A stretch of 64,000 nucleotides of DNA from Clostridiaceae bacterium (GCA_012838235.1 DUPQ01000008.1:4523-68522), one strand, 5' to 3'; shown: positions 9,585-20,518, counted from the first letter of the stretch. A program made the numbers and translations. The notes: generated from the sequence alone by a model not told the origin.

Positions 9585-11681
9585 ATGAATCCTGTTATAC
9601 TCAATAACAGATATGAGCTTCTAAGCAAGATGGGCATAGGCGGAATGGCTTATGTATATAAGGCAAAAGATAAAGCGCTCAACCGAATTGTAGCGATAAA
9701 AACGCTTAAAGATGAATATGCTCAGGATAAAGATTTTATAAAACGCTTCAAGGATGAAGCATTATCGGTAGCAAAACTGTCACATGAAAGCATAGTCAAT
9801 GTCTATGATGTAGGATATGACAATAACATGAACTACATTGTCATGGAATGTGTTGAAGGTACCACACTATCCAACTATCTGGAGTCGGCAGGACCTTTGG
9901 ATATAAAGGAAGTGGTGGATATTTCCATGCAGATTTTTGCGGCTTTGGAACATGCACATAACAACGGTATTATTCACAGGGATATCAAACCGCAGAATAT
10001 ACTGATATCCAAAAACGGAAGAATAAAAGTAACCGATTTCGGTATAGCCAAAGCGATAAATGCGCAGACTCTGACCACGGATAATAAAACATTCGGATCG
10101 GTCCATTACATATCTCCCGAACAGGCTAAAGGCGGTTTTTTAAGTAGCAGCACCGATATTTATTCTACAGGAATAGTTATGTATGAGATGGCAACAGGGC
10201 ATGTGCCCTATGATGCCGACACTCCTATATCCATAGTAATGAAGCATCTGCAGGATACTCCCATACCTCCGATTGATTACAGAAGAGATATGCCGGAAGA
10301 ACTCAACAAGATAATTCTTAAGGCAATACAGAAAAAACCGTCGGACAGATATCAGACAGCAGCCGATGTAATGGCAGATTTAAAGAAACTGAATAATAAT
10401 GCCAATTCTAAAGGCGATATTACATTGGACTTTATAAACGGAGAGGTTCTGCCTTCCGATGAAACGGTGACCTTGCCTGAAGTTACGGAAGATGATTTGT
10501 TTTTAGAAGAAGACAATGCAATTGTCAGAGGAAATACCGGAAAAGTAATCAAAATTAAAGAAAAAACCGATAAAATAACCGGTCCCAGACTGATAAATTA
10601 CGATGAGGAGTACAATGTTCCCCTGATTTACGCAAGAGGCAGAAAAAAGAAAGAGAAGAAATACTTTTTCACCACTCTTATAGCTTTAATCTGTGTACTG
10701 TCATTATCGGCCTTTTTTATTGTTTTCGCAATAGATGAGATGGCTAAAGTAGTGGTTCCCGAACCTAAAGAGTATGAAGTATTAAATTATGTTACATACG
10801 AGTATGAAACCATAAAAAAGAAACTGGAAACGGATTTCAATATTTCTGTATTAATGAAAGAAGCATACTCCGATGAAACACCTCCCGGTATAATAATGGA
10901 CCAGGATGTGGAACCGGGCAGAATTTTCAAAGAAGGTGCCAAGAATACCATTACATTTACGGTAAGTGTGGGAAGTAACTATGTGGAAGTTCCCGAGTGT
11001 GTCGGTAAGGATTATCGTATTGCGGAAAATATAATAATAAATGCAGGGCTTATCCCGGAAAAAGTAGAACAATATAACCAGGATATCCCGGCAGGAGAAG
11101 TGTATGCCGTATCTCCCTCTGAAACGATTAAAGTTAAATACGGAGAAACGGTTAAAATATATGTTTCTCTCGGTTCCGAATTTGAAAAGACAACGGTGCC
11201 GGATCTGTTCGGGTTGACAAAGGAGAAAGCTGCGGGAGCGTTACTGGAAAGAAACCTCATAATGAATGTAATGTCGGAAGAAGAGGTACCCGGTAAAGAG
11301 TCTCTTGTATCTTATCAGTATCCGGCAGCCGATACCGAGGTATATGAAAACAGTACCATAGATATAAAGCTCTCGGTGGATTACGGAGATACCGTGTATG
11401 AAGATATAACCGTTAAATACACATTTGACCCTACAATAGCGGAACTTGCCGGTATGGAAATGCCCATAACCTTGAGGTTCAAATTCGAGTATTCCGATCA
11501 GGATGAGGATTTTCAGACAACTGCGGTTATTTCTTCCATTGAAAAGTTGCCCTATCAAAGAGATGTCCGCATACCTGCAAAAGGCGAAACCAAAATGACT
11601 GTATTTATAGGCTCGGTTATCTATAAAGAACCGATAATATACAAATATTTCGACCACTATAAAGAAACCCCGGAACCGTAA
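9585..11681 (+). CDS. prkC: Ser/Thr protein kinase with three PASTA repeats
   Basis: Hanks kinase motifs (GIGGMAYVYKA, HRDIKPQNIL, DFG, SPEQ). One TM segment (FFTTLIALICVLSLSAFFIVFAI). Three ~65-aa PASTA-like repeats, then a C-terminal beta-rich domain. Confidence 0.93.
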   Translation: MNPVILNNRYELLSKMGIGGMAYVYKAKDKALNRIVAIKTLKDEYAQDKDFIKRFKDEALSVAKLSHESIVNVYDVGYDNNMNYIVMECVEGTTLSNYLESAGPLDIKEVVDISMQIFAALEHAHNNGIIHRDIKPQNILISKNGRIKVTDFGIAKAINAQTLTTDNKTFGSVHYISPEQAKGGFLSSSTDIYSTGIVMYEMATGHVPYDADTPISIVMKHLQDTPIPPIDYRRDMPEELNKIILKAIQKKPSDRYQTAADVMADLKKLNNNANSKGDITLDFINGEVLPSDETVTLPEVTEDDLFLEEDNAIVRGNTGKVIKIKEKTDKITGPRLINYDEEYNVPLIYARGRKKKEKKYFFTTLIALICVLSLSAFFIVFAIDEMAKVVVPEPKEYEVLNYVTYEYETIKKKLETDFNISVLMKEAYSDETPPGIIMDQDVEPGRIFKEGAKNTITFTVSVGSNYVEVPECVGKDYRIAENIIINAGLIPEKVEQYNQDIPAGEVYAVSPSETIKVKYGETVKIYVSLGSEFEKTTVPDLFGLTKEKAAGALLERNLIMNVMSEEEVPGKESLVSYQYPAADTEVYENSTIDIKLSVDYGDTVYEDITVKYTFDPTIAELAGMEMPITLRFKFEYSDQDEDFQTTAVISSIEKLPYQRDVRIPAKGETKMTVFIGSVIYKEPIIYKYFDHYKETPEP

Positions 11682-12569
11682 ATGGAAACAGGTCTTATCA
11701 CAAAAGCGCTGAGCAACCGTTACACCGTAAGAACCGATAAAGATGAATATATCTGCAAACCGAGAGGGTTGTTCAGAAAAGAGGGATTCAAGCCTCTTTG
11801 CGGAGACTTGGTGCGTTTTGATATAACCGATTATGCCGATAAGGAAGGCTATATCATAAGTATAGAAGAAAGAAAGAACAGTCTGGTACGACCACCCGTT
11901 GCCAATGTGGATGTTGCGGTTATTGTGTTTGCAACGGAATATCCGACATTGGATGAACTGCTGATTGATTTGCTGATACTGGCATTTCGTACAAACGATA
12001 TAGAGCCGATATTATGTTTAAACAAATGCGATTTGTCGGCAAAAGAGGATATTGACGATGTATTAAGGCAATATTCCGGGAGCGGATGCAAAATAGTAAT
12101 AACCGATGCAAAACATAAGACAGGTTTGGATCCGTTAAAGAGTATGCTGAGCGGGAAAGTCAGTGTTTTTGCAGGTCAGTCGGGAGCAGGGAAGTCCACA
12201 CTTATCAATGCCATAACAGGAACGGCCGATATGGAAATCGGGATTTTGAGTGAAAAGATAGGAAGGGGAAAGAATACCACAAGACATTGTGAGCTGCTTT
12301 CCTTTGAAGGCGGCTATATCGTAGATACTCCGGGTTTTTCCAAATTTGACCCCGGTCTTCTGCAGCCGGACCTGATAAAGGGTATGTATAATGAGTTCCT
12401 GCCGTACATCGGGCAGTGCAGATACAATGACTGCAAACACATAAATGATGACCACTGTGCCGTACTGCAGGCGGTGGAAAAAGGCGAAATTCCGATTGAA
12501 CGCCACTTAAGGTATGAAATGATATATAATATGTCTGAAGAAGCTTTAAGAGTAAGGAGGGGATATTGA
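11682..12569 (+). CDS. rsgA: ribosome small-subunit-dependent GTPase A
   Basis: Circularly permuted GTPase: NKCD precedes GQSGAGKSTLIN. C-terminal zinc knuckle CRYNDCKHINDDHC. Confidence 0.92.
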   Translation: METGLITKALSNRYTVRTDKDEYICKPRGLFRKEGFKPLCGDLVRFDITDYADKEGYIISIEERKNSLVRPPVANVDVAVIVFATEYPTLDELLIDLLILAFRTNDIEPILCLNKCDLSAKEDIDDVLRQYSGSGCKIVITDAKHKTGLDPLKSMLSGKVSVFAGQSGAGKSTLINAITGTADMEIGILSEKIGRGKNTTRHCELLSFEGGYIVDTPGFSKFDPGLLQPDLIKGMYNEFLPYIGQCRYNDCKHINDDHCAVLQAVEKGEIPIERHLRYEMIYNMSEEALRVRRGY

Positions 12570-13216
12570 TGATAAAAATCTCACCGTCATTATTGGCTTG
12601 TAATTTTGCAAGATTGGAAGAAGAAGTAAGAAAAATAGAAGAGGGCGGAGCCCATTATGTGCATGTGGATGTAATGGACGGACATTTCGTTCCCAATATT
12701 TCAGTAGGCATTCCCATTGTGCAGGCTTTGAAGAGCATAACAAAATTGTCGCTGGATGTTCATCTTATGATTTCCGACCCCGACAGATACATTGAAGAAT
12801 TTGCAAAAGCGGGGGCGGATATAATAACCGTTCAGCAGGAGGCCTGCATTCATCTGGACAGAACCGTAAGGTACATAAAAGAGCAGGGCAAGAAAGCCGC
12901 GGTTGCTCTTAATCCCGCCACCGATATAAGGGTTTTGGAATATGTTCTGCCTATGTTGGACATGGTGCTTATAATGAGTGTAAATCCCGGTTTCGGAGGA
13001 CAAAAGTATATACCGTACAGCACGGAGAAAATAAAAGCTCTTAAGAAAATGATAGACAAAATGGGGCTGAAAACCGACATTCAGGTTGACGGCGGCGTAA
13101 CGGTGGATAACTGCCGTGAGATAAAGGCTGCGGGAGCCAATGTTCTTGTTGCGGGATCGGCAATATTCCAATCGAAAGATATTAAAGAAACTATTAGAAA
13201 ACTTATAGAATACTGA
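12566..13216 (+). CDS. rpe: ribulose-phosphate 3-epimerase
   Basis: Motifs HVDVMDGHFVPN, MSVNPGFGGQ and VDGG. 4-nt overlap with rsgA. Confidence 0.93.
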   Translation: MMIKISPSLLACNFARLEEEVRKIEEGGAHYVHVDVMDGHFVPNISVGIPIVQALKSITKLSLDVHLMISDPDRYIEEFAKAGADIITVQQEACIHLDRTVRYIKEQGKKAAVALNPATDIRVLEYVLPMLDMVLIMSVNPGFGGQKYIPYSTEKIKALKKMIDKMGLKTDIQVDGGVTVDNCREIKAAGANVLVAGSAIFQSKDIKETIRKLIEY

Positions 13217-15469
13217 TTATTCTGCTCTTTTGATTATATCTTTAATTTCATCCGCTGTTTCTTTATAAACATTAATTCTGAGAGTATCCGCACCGGATGC
13301 TCTTATTAAATCTTTATGCAAAAGATTATTTACCGTAAATGCACCTAAAAGATATGTGGTATCACAGTCGGGATATGTAACTATGTCAATGCGTTTTTTA
13401 TGTCGGTCTAAAAGATATATTTCTTGTGTATCGGTATCGGTGAATATATCCTTTATACGGTATTTGGTTTTCATTACGGCAACTCTGCCGTATACAAGGT
13501 ACTCCAGACTTATATTCCCGTTAAAGTTTGCGAATCTTCTTATATCTTCAACAGGTAATTCATATGAAAGGTGTATAGCTTTTACACCTTGATATCCCGA
13601 AAGAGCATCAACAGTATAAGTATTCAAGCAGTTTATTCCCGCATCTAATACTTTATCCGCAGGAATATCTAAAATCCCCATGGAAGAGGAAATAATTCTT
13701 TGCCGATTGCCTGCCGTATCTTGAGGATTGGCTCCTATGGGTATATACAAGTACACTCTGTCATCGCGAAGATATCTTTTATACATGGTAGAAGGTACAT
13801 ATATCCTGTCGGCATCAATATCCGCTATATCAAAATCCAATCGGTCCTCAAAAAAGAATAGGGATATACCTGTTTTTTTATTACTTATATCTCTGTTTAC
13901 CGGAGTATCTCTTTTTTCATTTTTTTCTGTCTTCTCTGTATTAAAACTTTCCGAAGATAACGATAGGTTTTCATACTTGGGAAACAGTTCGGTTTTACTA
14001 TTTCTGTTTTTTATGCTCTGCCTTAATTCTGCTAATCCGTCCAGCGCATCTCTTCTTAAAGCATTTACCGTTTTAGCGGGAAGGAATGTAGCGGTATCGG
14101 TATCTTTCGTGAGAGAGGAGAATTCAAATACCGTATTTCCCGTTTTGTTGAGATTTTTCAATATGTCATCATCGGCATTAGGGTTTTTTGCCGCTTGTGA
14201 GTCTATATCGGAACAGGAGGTATAAGTGTTGCCGCTGTTATCGGTTACGGTAAAGCTTGCTCTTTGCCCCGCTTTAGATATGAAATGTCCTCTTACAGGA
14301 ACTTTGCGCAAGAAGTCGTCGGCATAGGATTTTTGTGCCTGTTCGGTCAGTTGCTTATCATATGTCAGGTATACGGGCTCATTTGGTTCGGGGAGTTTAT
14401 TTCTGCATATTAAACCGTACAGATTGCCGTTTTTTCTTAAAATATTGACATATGTCCCTATAGAGCTGTCGGGAAAACTTATCCCGTCACCGTTTATAAG
14501 TTCCTTGTTGCTTTCAATCTGTATCAGGTTTTTCTCTTTGTTTATTTTCTTGACGGTCCCTATCCTTATACCGGTATTTCCGGAAAAAGCATATGCCATC
14601 ATATCTTTGCCGGATTCGGAAAACATATATCCTTTGGAAAAGCCTTCTCTGTTGAATGCCATCATGGCATCCTGTCTGTCTTTATCTGTAAGAGTACCCG
14701 AAAGTGCCTTTCTGTATGTCTTTGTTATAATCGCCACATATTCCGGACTTTTCATTCTGCCTTCAATTTTCAAAGATACAACACCCGCCGATACAAGCCT
14801 GTCTATATCATCCATTACCGCTATGTCTTTGGTGCTGAGATAGTTTTTACAGGAGATATTACGATTATCTATAAACAGTGAGTAGGGAAGTCTGCAGGGC
14901 TGAGCACAACCGCCTTTATTTCCCGATTTGCCTCCGTTAAAGTAACTTAAACTGCACTGCCCCGAGTAACATACACATAAGGAGCCGTGACCGAAAACCT
15001 CCACTTCAATACCCGTGGCAACAAGCGCCTTTATCTGCTCTAAGGTGGCTTCTCTTGCCGCTATTATCCTTTTAAATCCCAAACTCTTGAGTAACAATGC
15101 TTCTTTCGGATGGATAACGCTCATCTGTGTGGATGCGTGCAGTCTCAGGTCGGGGAGCATTTTTCTTATCTGTGCAGCAAGCCCTAAATCCTGAATAATA
15201 ATCCCGTCTATACCTGATGAATATGCTTTCTTTGCATTATTAAGGGCGGTTTGCATATTCTCGTCATCTATAAGTGTGTTAAGTGTCAGATAAACGGATA
15301 CATCACGCAGATGACAGTATCTTACAGCTTCCGTCAATTCTTCAAATGTAAAATTGTCGGCATTTGCTCTTGCACTGAAAGTCTTTATCCCGAGATAAAC
15401 GGCATCGGCTCCGTTTTGCACTGCGGCTTTAAGACATTGCATATTTCCGGCAGGAGATAATAATTCCAA
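13217..15469 (-). CDS. U32 family peptidase-like protein, long (750 aa) form
   Basis: N-terminus MELLSPAGN and U32 signature region EVFGHGSLCVCYSGQCSLS...CAQPCR. Long C-terminal extension. Its stop codon abuts the rpe stop with no spacer. Confidence 0.85.
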   Translation of the reverse strand: MELLSPAGNMQCLKAAVQNGADAVYLGIKTFSARANADNFTFEELTEAVRYCHLRDVSVYLTLNTLIDDENMQTALNNAKKAYSSGIDGIIIQDLGLAAQIRKMLPDLRLHASTQMSVIHPKEALLLKSLGFKRIIAAREATLEQIKALVATGIEVEVFGHGSLCVCYSGQCSLSYFNGGKSGNKGGCAQPCRLPYSLFIDNRNISCKNYLSTKDIAVMDDIDRLVSAGVVSLKIEGRMKSPEYVAIITKTYRKALSGTLTDKDRQDAMMAFNREGFSKGYMFSESGKDMMAYAFSGNTGIRIGTVKKINKEKNLIQIESNKELINGDGISFPDSSIGTYVNILRKNGNLYGLICRNKLPEPNEPVYLTYDKQLTEQAQKSYADDFLRKVPVRGHFISKAGQRASFTVTDNSGNTYTSCSDIDSQAAKNPNADDDILKNLNKTGNTVFEFSSLTKDTDTATFLPAKTVNALRRDALDGLAELRQSIKNRNSKTELFPKYENLSLSSESFNTEKTEKNEKRDTPVNRDISNKKTGISLFFFEDRLDFDIADIDADRIYVPSTMYKRYLRDDRVYLYIPIGANPQDTAGNRQRIISSSMGILDIPADKVLDAGINCLNTYTVDALSGYQGVKAIHLSYELPVEDIRRFANFNGNISLEYLVYGRVAVMKTKYRIKDIFTDTDTQEIYLLDRHKKRIDIVTYPDCDTTYLLGAFTVNNLLHKDLIRASGADTLRINVYKETADEIKDIIKRAE

Positions 15470-15562
15470 AGTATCCTCTTTCCTGTACCAAGTATTAAAG
15501 TACAGATATTATGATAATATATATAATATAAAACGGCAATGTTTTGAAAGAGGGAGGATATC

Positions 15563-17338
15563 ATGCCGCTGGACGGAATTGCAGTAAAGTGTCTTGCAAA
15601 TGAATTGAACGGTATATGTAAAAACGGGAAGATTCAGAATATTTACATGCCGGAAAAAGATGAGGTTATACTGGGCATATACGCTAACGGCACATCCTAC
15701 AATGTGGCATTGTCTTTGCAGCCTTCTTCACCGGGGATATATTTCAAAGAAGAAAAGATAAACAATCGTAAAACCCCGTACGGTTTCTGCATGTTCTTGC
15801 GAAAGCACATAGGAGGAGGATTTATATCCGAGGTATATGCAAAAGATTATGAGAGAATAATATACTTTGATATAAATTGCACCGATGAATTCAGCGGCAA
15901 TTCGGTTAAGACCGTGATAATGGAGCTGACCGGTCGCAACTGTAACCTCATAGTCGTCAACTCTTCATGCAAAATATTGGACGCTTTAAGACATGTGGAC
16001 GAATCCATGTCTTCGGTAAGAAGAGTAATGCCTGCATGCGAGTATGTGCTTCCTCCCATACAGGATAAGATACCGATAGAAGATGTGCAGTGGGAGCATT
16101 TACTTAAATATGCGGATTTTCCCTTAAGTGATGCAATATTCCGAACGGTTTTAGGTATGGCACAGGTATTTGCAAAAGAAATATGTGTAAGAGCCGGAGT
16201 AGATGAAACAAAGACTGTTAAGAATATCAGCAAGGAAGAAGCGATACAGGTTATGTCCGTTATTAAAAAAACAGCACAAGACATATCGGCAAACACATAT
16301 TCTCCGATTGCCGTTTACAGCAATGAAAAAAAGACCATAACCGATTGCTACTGCTTCAATCTTTCGTTGTATAAAAATATATCGGAGTTTACGGTTAAGA
16401 AATATCCTTTATATATTGATGCATTAAGCGACCATTTAAACTTAAAAAATAAAAGAGCTGTTTTTATACAAGCATCCGATGTGGTCAGAAAATCGGTATC
16501 CGCCCATCTGGTAAAAGCGGAGAAAAAACTTTTAATATATAACAACAATCTTTCGGATAGAGAAAAGATAGATAAATACAAACTGTACGGAGAACTTTTA
16601 ACAGCCAATATTCATGCGATTAAACAAAAGACCGATTATGTGGAGCTTTTAGACTATTACACCGACAGGATTGTAAAGATACCGCTGGACAAATCGGAAG
16701 ATGCTCTCAAAAATGCGCAAAGTTATTATAAAAAATATAAAAAGGGGATTGCCGCATATAACTATGCCGTTAATGCAGTTAAGGGTATTAAAAAAGAGAT
16801 TGAGTATCTTAAATCGGTTCGGGCTTCTTTGGAGTTATGTGAAAACCTTTCCGACATAGAGGATATTAAGAAGGAATTGGTTCTGGAAGGCTATATGAAG
16901 GAAAAACTTAAGATTAAGAAGGGCAGGAAGGCATCTCAGCCGGAAGCGGTTTCCTTTAATCCCGTTAAGTACAGGTCAAAAGAGGGATATGAAATATATG
17001 TCGGAAGGAATAATACCGAAAACGATAAGCTTACATTTGATTACGCTCAAAACTTTGACATATGGTTGCATGTAAAGAACCTGCACGGATCTCATGTGAT
17101 AATAAAAAACCCTGCAAAATGCGAAGAGTTTCTGCCGGATAAGACATTAACCGAAGCAGCTATAATTGCGGCATATCATTCCGAAGCAAGAACATCGGGT
17201 CAGGTTGCGGTAGATTATACTTTCATCAAGAATGTTAAAAAGCCCAAAGGCGCAAAGCCGGGATATGTCAATTATTACAATTACTACTCCGCATATGTAA
17301 AGGCGGATGAATTGGTTGCAAAGAAGCTGAGGGAATAG
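15563..17338 (+). CDS. rqcH: ribosome quality control protein RqcH (NFACT / FbpA family)
   Basis: NFACT-N features (MPLDGIAV..., ELTGRNCNLIVVN), a central coiled coil, and the NFACT-R motif DIWLHVKNLHGSHVIIK. Confidence 0.85.
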   Translation: MPLDGIAVKCLANELNGICKNGKIQNIYMPEKDEVILGIYANGTSYNVALSLQPSSPGIYFKEEKINNRKTPYGFCMFLRKHIGGGFISEVYAKDYERIIYFDINCTDEFSGNSVKTVIMELTGRNCNLIVVNSSCKILDALRHVDESMSSVRRVMPACEYVLPPIQDKIPIEDVQWEHLLKYADFPLSDAIFRTVLGMAQVFAKEICVRAGVDETKTVKNISKEEAIQVMSVIKKTAQDISANTYSPIAVYSNEKKTITDCYCFNLSLYKNISEFTVKKYPLYIDALSDHLNLKNKRAVFIQASDVVRKSVSAHLVKAEKKLLIYNNNLSDREKIDKYKLYGELLTANIHAIKQKTDYVELLDYYTDRIVKIPLDKSEDALKNAQSYYKKYKKGIAAYNYAVNAVKGIKKEIEYLKSVRASLELCENLSDIEDIKKELVLEGYMKEKLKIKKGRKASQPEAVSFNPVKYRSKEGYEIYVGRNNTENDKLTFDYAQNFDIWLHVKNLHGSHVIIKNPAKCEEFLPDKTLTEAAIIAAYHSEARTSGQVAVDYTFIKNVKKPKGAKPGYVNYYNYYSAYVKADELVAKKLRE

Positions 17339-17412
17339 AATCGGTATATGTTGATGACACAATTTGCAAAAATCTTACCTATATTGTAATATGGCAGGAG
17401 GAGAGAGATGTT

Positions 17413-18591
17413 ATGTTTAATGAAAAGATAACACAGAGTTTGAGTAAATCGTCATTCATCCGTGCAATGTTTGAAGAGGGAAACAGATTAAAAGCGATAT
17501 ACGGGGAAGAAAACGTTTTTGATTTTTCCATAGGCAATCCGGAGATGGAACCGCCTGCAAAGGTTAAAGAGTGTCTTAAGAAAATAGCCTGCAGTGAAGA
17601 AAAAGGAATGCATAAATATATGAGCAATGCAGGGTATGATGCCACAAGAAAAGCGGTATCGGAAAGTATAAAAAAAGACTACGGTTATGATGTTCCTTTC
17701 AGTAATATAATAATGTCGGTAGGTGCAGCGGCGGGATTGTTTGTAACACTGAAATCCGTTTTAAATCCCGGTGATGAGGTTGTTGTTTTTAAGCCGTATT
17801 TTGCCGAATACGGGTTTTATGTCATGCATGCGCAGGGGGTGTTGGTAGAAGCCGATTGTGATGAATTCTTTTTACCGGATATTGATTCCTTTAAAAGTGT
17901 AATTACCGCAAAGACAAAAGCCGTTATCATAAATACACCCAACAATCCTTCGGGAGCGGTATATCCTAAGGAAGTGCTTTTAGCACTGAATGATGCAATA
18001 AGGCAGGCGGAAAGAAAGTATAACTCCGACATTTTTGTTATAAGCGATGAGCCTTATGTGAAAATTGTATACGATGACATAACGGTTCCCTGTGTATTTG
18101 ACTGTTTTGATAAGGCTATAATAGTAAACTCATACAGTAAATCATTGGCACTGCCCGGCGAAAGAATAGGCTATATTGCAATAGACCCCAAAATACCCGA
18201 TTATCAACTGTTGGTTAATATCTGTATATTCAATACCAGAACATTGGGGTATGTAAATGCTCCCGCCATAATGCAAAAAGTAATACAGTATGCATATGAT
18301 GCCAAGGTGGATATTGACGATTACAGGGAAAGACGGGATATTTTATATAATCACATGGTGAAATGCGGATTCAGTGTAAAAAAACCGCAAGGAGCTTTCT
18401 ATCTTTTCGTTAAGTCGCCTGTGGAAGATGAGATGGAATTTGTGGAAAAGGCGAAAGAATATAACATACTGGTTGTTCCGGGAAGAGGATTCGGTATGAA
18501 AGGCTATGTGAGGATGTGTTTCTGTATTTCCAAAAAGACAATACAGGCAAGCCTGCCGAAAATAACGGCTCTTGCAAGGGAGTATTTTTAA
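17413..18591 (+). CDS. PLP-dependent aminotransferase, class I/II (aspartate aminotransferase-like)
   Basis: Fold-type I pattern with NTPNNPSG and the PLP-lysine motif SYSKSLALPGERIGY. Confidence 0.85.
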   Translation: MFNEKITQSLSKSSFIRAMFEEGNRLKAIYGEENVFDFSIGNPEMEPPAKVKECLKKIACSEEKGMHKYMSNAGYDATRKAVSESIKKDYGYDVPFSNIIMSVGAAAGLFVTLKSVLNPGDEVVVFKPYFAEYGFYVMHAQGVLVEADCDEFFLPDIDSFKSVITAKTKAVIINTPNNPSGAVYPKEVLLALNDAIRQAERKYNSDIFVISDEPYVKIVYDDITVPCVFDCFDKAIIVNSYSKSLALPGERIGYIAIDPKIPDYQLLVNICIFNTRTLGYVNAPAIMQKVIQYAYDAKVDIDDYRERRDILYNHMVKCGFSVKKPQGAFYLFVKSPVEDEMEFVEKAKEYNILVVPGRGFGMKGYVRMCFCISKKTIQASLPKITALAREYF

Positions 18592-19559
18592 TGATTAAGA
18601 TTGATTTAGATAACGGGATTCATTCATTGAGCATGGATAAACTGGCTTTCGGTACCGGTGTTTTTTCCGACTATGCCGACAAGGAAAGCTATTTTCTTCT
18701 GATGGATAAATTTTATGAGCATTTTAAAACATATGATACCGCCCGATGCTATAACGAATGGCTTGTCGAAGGGAAAGATATTTCCGAGTATATGCTGGGT
18801 GAGTGGATGAAATCCCGGAAAAACAGGGAGGACCTGATAGTTATAACCAAAGGCGGATTTCCAAAGAATCTGAAATTGAAAAAAGATGTTATGGAAAGAA
18901 TAACTAAAGAAGAGCTTCAATATGATATAGATAAAAGCCTTTCCGTCATGAATATTGATTATGTGGATATATTCTTACTGCACAGAGACGATTTGTCCAA
19001 ACCTGTGGAATATATAATACCCATACTTCAGGATTTTATAAAGCAGGGTAAAACCCGTTTCATAGGTGTAAGCAACTGGACGAGTAAAAGAATTGAAGAG
19101 GCTCAGGCTTTCATTGCGAGTGAGAATTTGGTGCCGCTTTCGGTATCGCAATGTTATTTTTCCTTAGCCGAATCGACACCGGAGCGATTTGATGATGAAA
19201 CTATTGTATGTATCGATGATGAGCAATATGATTGGTATGAGAAGAAAAAGTTGCCGTTGATGGCATATACTTCCCAGGCAAAAGGCTTTTTCTCAAAATA
19301 CAATACCGTTCAGTTAAAAGACGGTATAGTTAAGAAATTTGTTTCAGATATTAACATAGAAAGAGCAAAGAGAGCCAAAATGCTTGCCGATGAATACAGT
19401 GTATCACCGACATGCATAGCCTTGGCATATCTTACAAATAATCCGGTGCAGACCTGTGCCGTAATAGGATCCAAGAATCTGTCGCAGTTGGAAGACAGCA
19501 TAGGTGTTAAAGATATCCTGCTGTCACAGGCACAGATTGACTGGCTGAAAGGAGAATAA
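18591..19559 (+). CDS. aldo/keto reductase family oxidoreductase
   Basis: ATG 18591 overlaps the upstream stop (TAATG); the track start 18516 lies inside the previous gene. AKR-like elements DTARCYN, LLHRDD, IGVSNW. Confidence 0.8.
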   Translation: MIKIDLDNGIHSLSMDKLAFGTGVFSDYADKESYFLLMDKFYEHFKTYDTARCYNEWLVEGKDISEYMLGEWMKSRKNREDLIVITKGGFPKNLKLKKDVMERITKEELQYDIDKSLSVMNIDYVDIFLLHRDDLSKPVEYIIPILQDFIKQGKTRFIGVSNWTSKRIEEAQAFIASENLVPLSVSQCYFSLAESTPERFDDETIVCIDDEQYDWYEKKKLPLMAYTSQAKGFFSKYNTVQLKDGIVKKFVSDINIERAKRAKMLADEYSVSPTCIALAYLTNNPVQTCAVIGSKNLSQLEDSIGVKDILLSQAQIDWLKGE

Positions 19560-20518
19560 TGGAAAACTTAAGAAGTCGCAAACTGCAACCCTATCAATCG
19601 TTTCTCCTCATAACTGCGGTTATGATTATATTCTTTACCGTTCAGACGGTGGGGATTTTCTTTTTAGGTGACAATCTCTATCTGTATCAGACGGCTTGTG
19701 AGGTGCTGGGACTGGCGGTACCGGTACTTTTGTACATGCTTTTTACCGGCAGATTCAAAGACAATGTACACTTTAAAAAAGTAAGCGGAAAGAATATTCT
19801 TATAATCCTGGCTGTTGTGACACTGTTTATACCCGTTTCCATGTTGCTGGCAACTTTTAACACATGGATTGTAGACAATCTGTTCGGAACCACCCCGGGA
19901 CTTGAGGACATTGTATTAATGGAAAACTTCGGTGATTATCTGAAGAGTATATTGGTTATTGCACTGGTCCCTGCAATATGTGAGGAGATAGCTTTTCGGA
20001 CTGCATTTATGTCGGGATTGGAGAGATTGGGTAAGGTCGGTTGCTTTTTCTTTTGTTCGCTCTTTTTCTCTTTGGCTCACTCAATACCGGAAAAACTGTT
20101 ATCCACTTTTGCATTGTCGGTGCTTCTTTGCTATTTTCTGTACAGAACCGGCTCCTTGCTTGCGGCAATGATGGGACATTTTATAAATAACTTTATTGCG
20201 CTTACCATAACATATGCGACCAGAAACATTCCCCCGGAATCGGGCGGTATAGAATTTCTCGAAGCATACGGACTGTCCGAATACGGTGTTTCTTTTATAG
20301 TTCTGGGAGCCATCTCTTTGCTGGTGTTACCGGTTATAGTGATTTTGCTGAGGAGATTTAGAAAAAATACCGAAAGTACAAAGATTAATATTATTAAAGA
20401 GACGAAACTGGACAGTAACGGAAAAGTGGCGTTTCTGGTTGCTTTTACGATATATATTATTCCTGTTGCTATAATAATTGTGACTAATGCTTTAAGCGGT
20501 TTTCAAAATGTCAAGTAA
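19559..20518 (+). CDS. CPBP family intramembrane glutamic endopeptidase (CAAX protease/Abi-like)
   Basis: Polytopic membrane protein with the three CPBP motifs EEIAFR, FSLAH and HFINN. The start overlaps the AKR stop (TAATG). Confidence 0.85.
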   Translation: MENLRSRKLQPYQSFLLITAVMIIFFTVQTVGIFFLGDNLYLYQTACEVLGLAVPVLLYMLFTGRFKDNVHFKKVSGKNILIILAVVTLFIPVSMLLATFNTWIVDNLFGTTPGLEDIVLMENFGDYLKSILVIALVPAICEEIAFRTAFMSGLERLGKVGCFFFCSLFFSLAHSIPEKLLSTFALSVLLCYFLYRTGSLLAAMMGHFINNFIALTITYATRNIPPESGGIEFLEAYGLSEYGVSFIVLGAISLLVLPVIVILLRRFRKNTESTKINIIKETKLDSNGKVAFLVAFTIYIIPVAIIIVTNALSGFQNVK

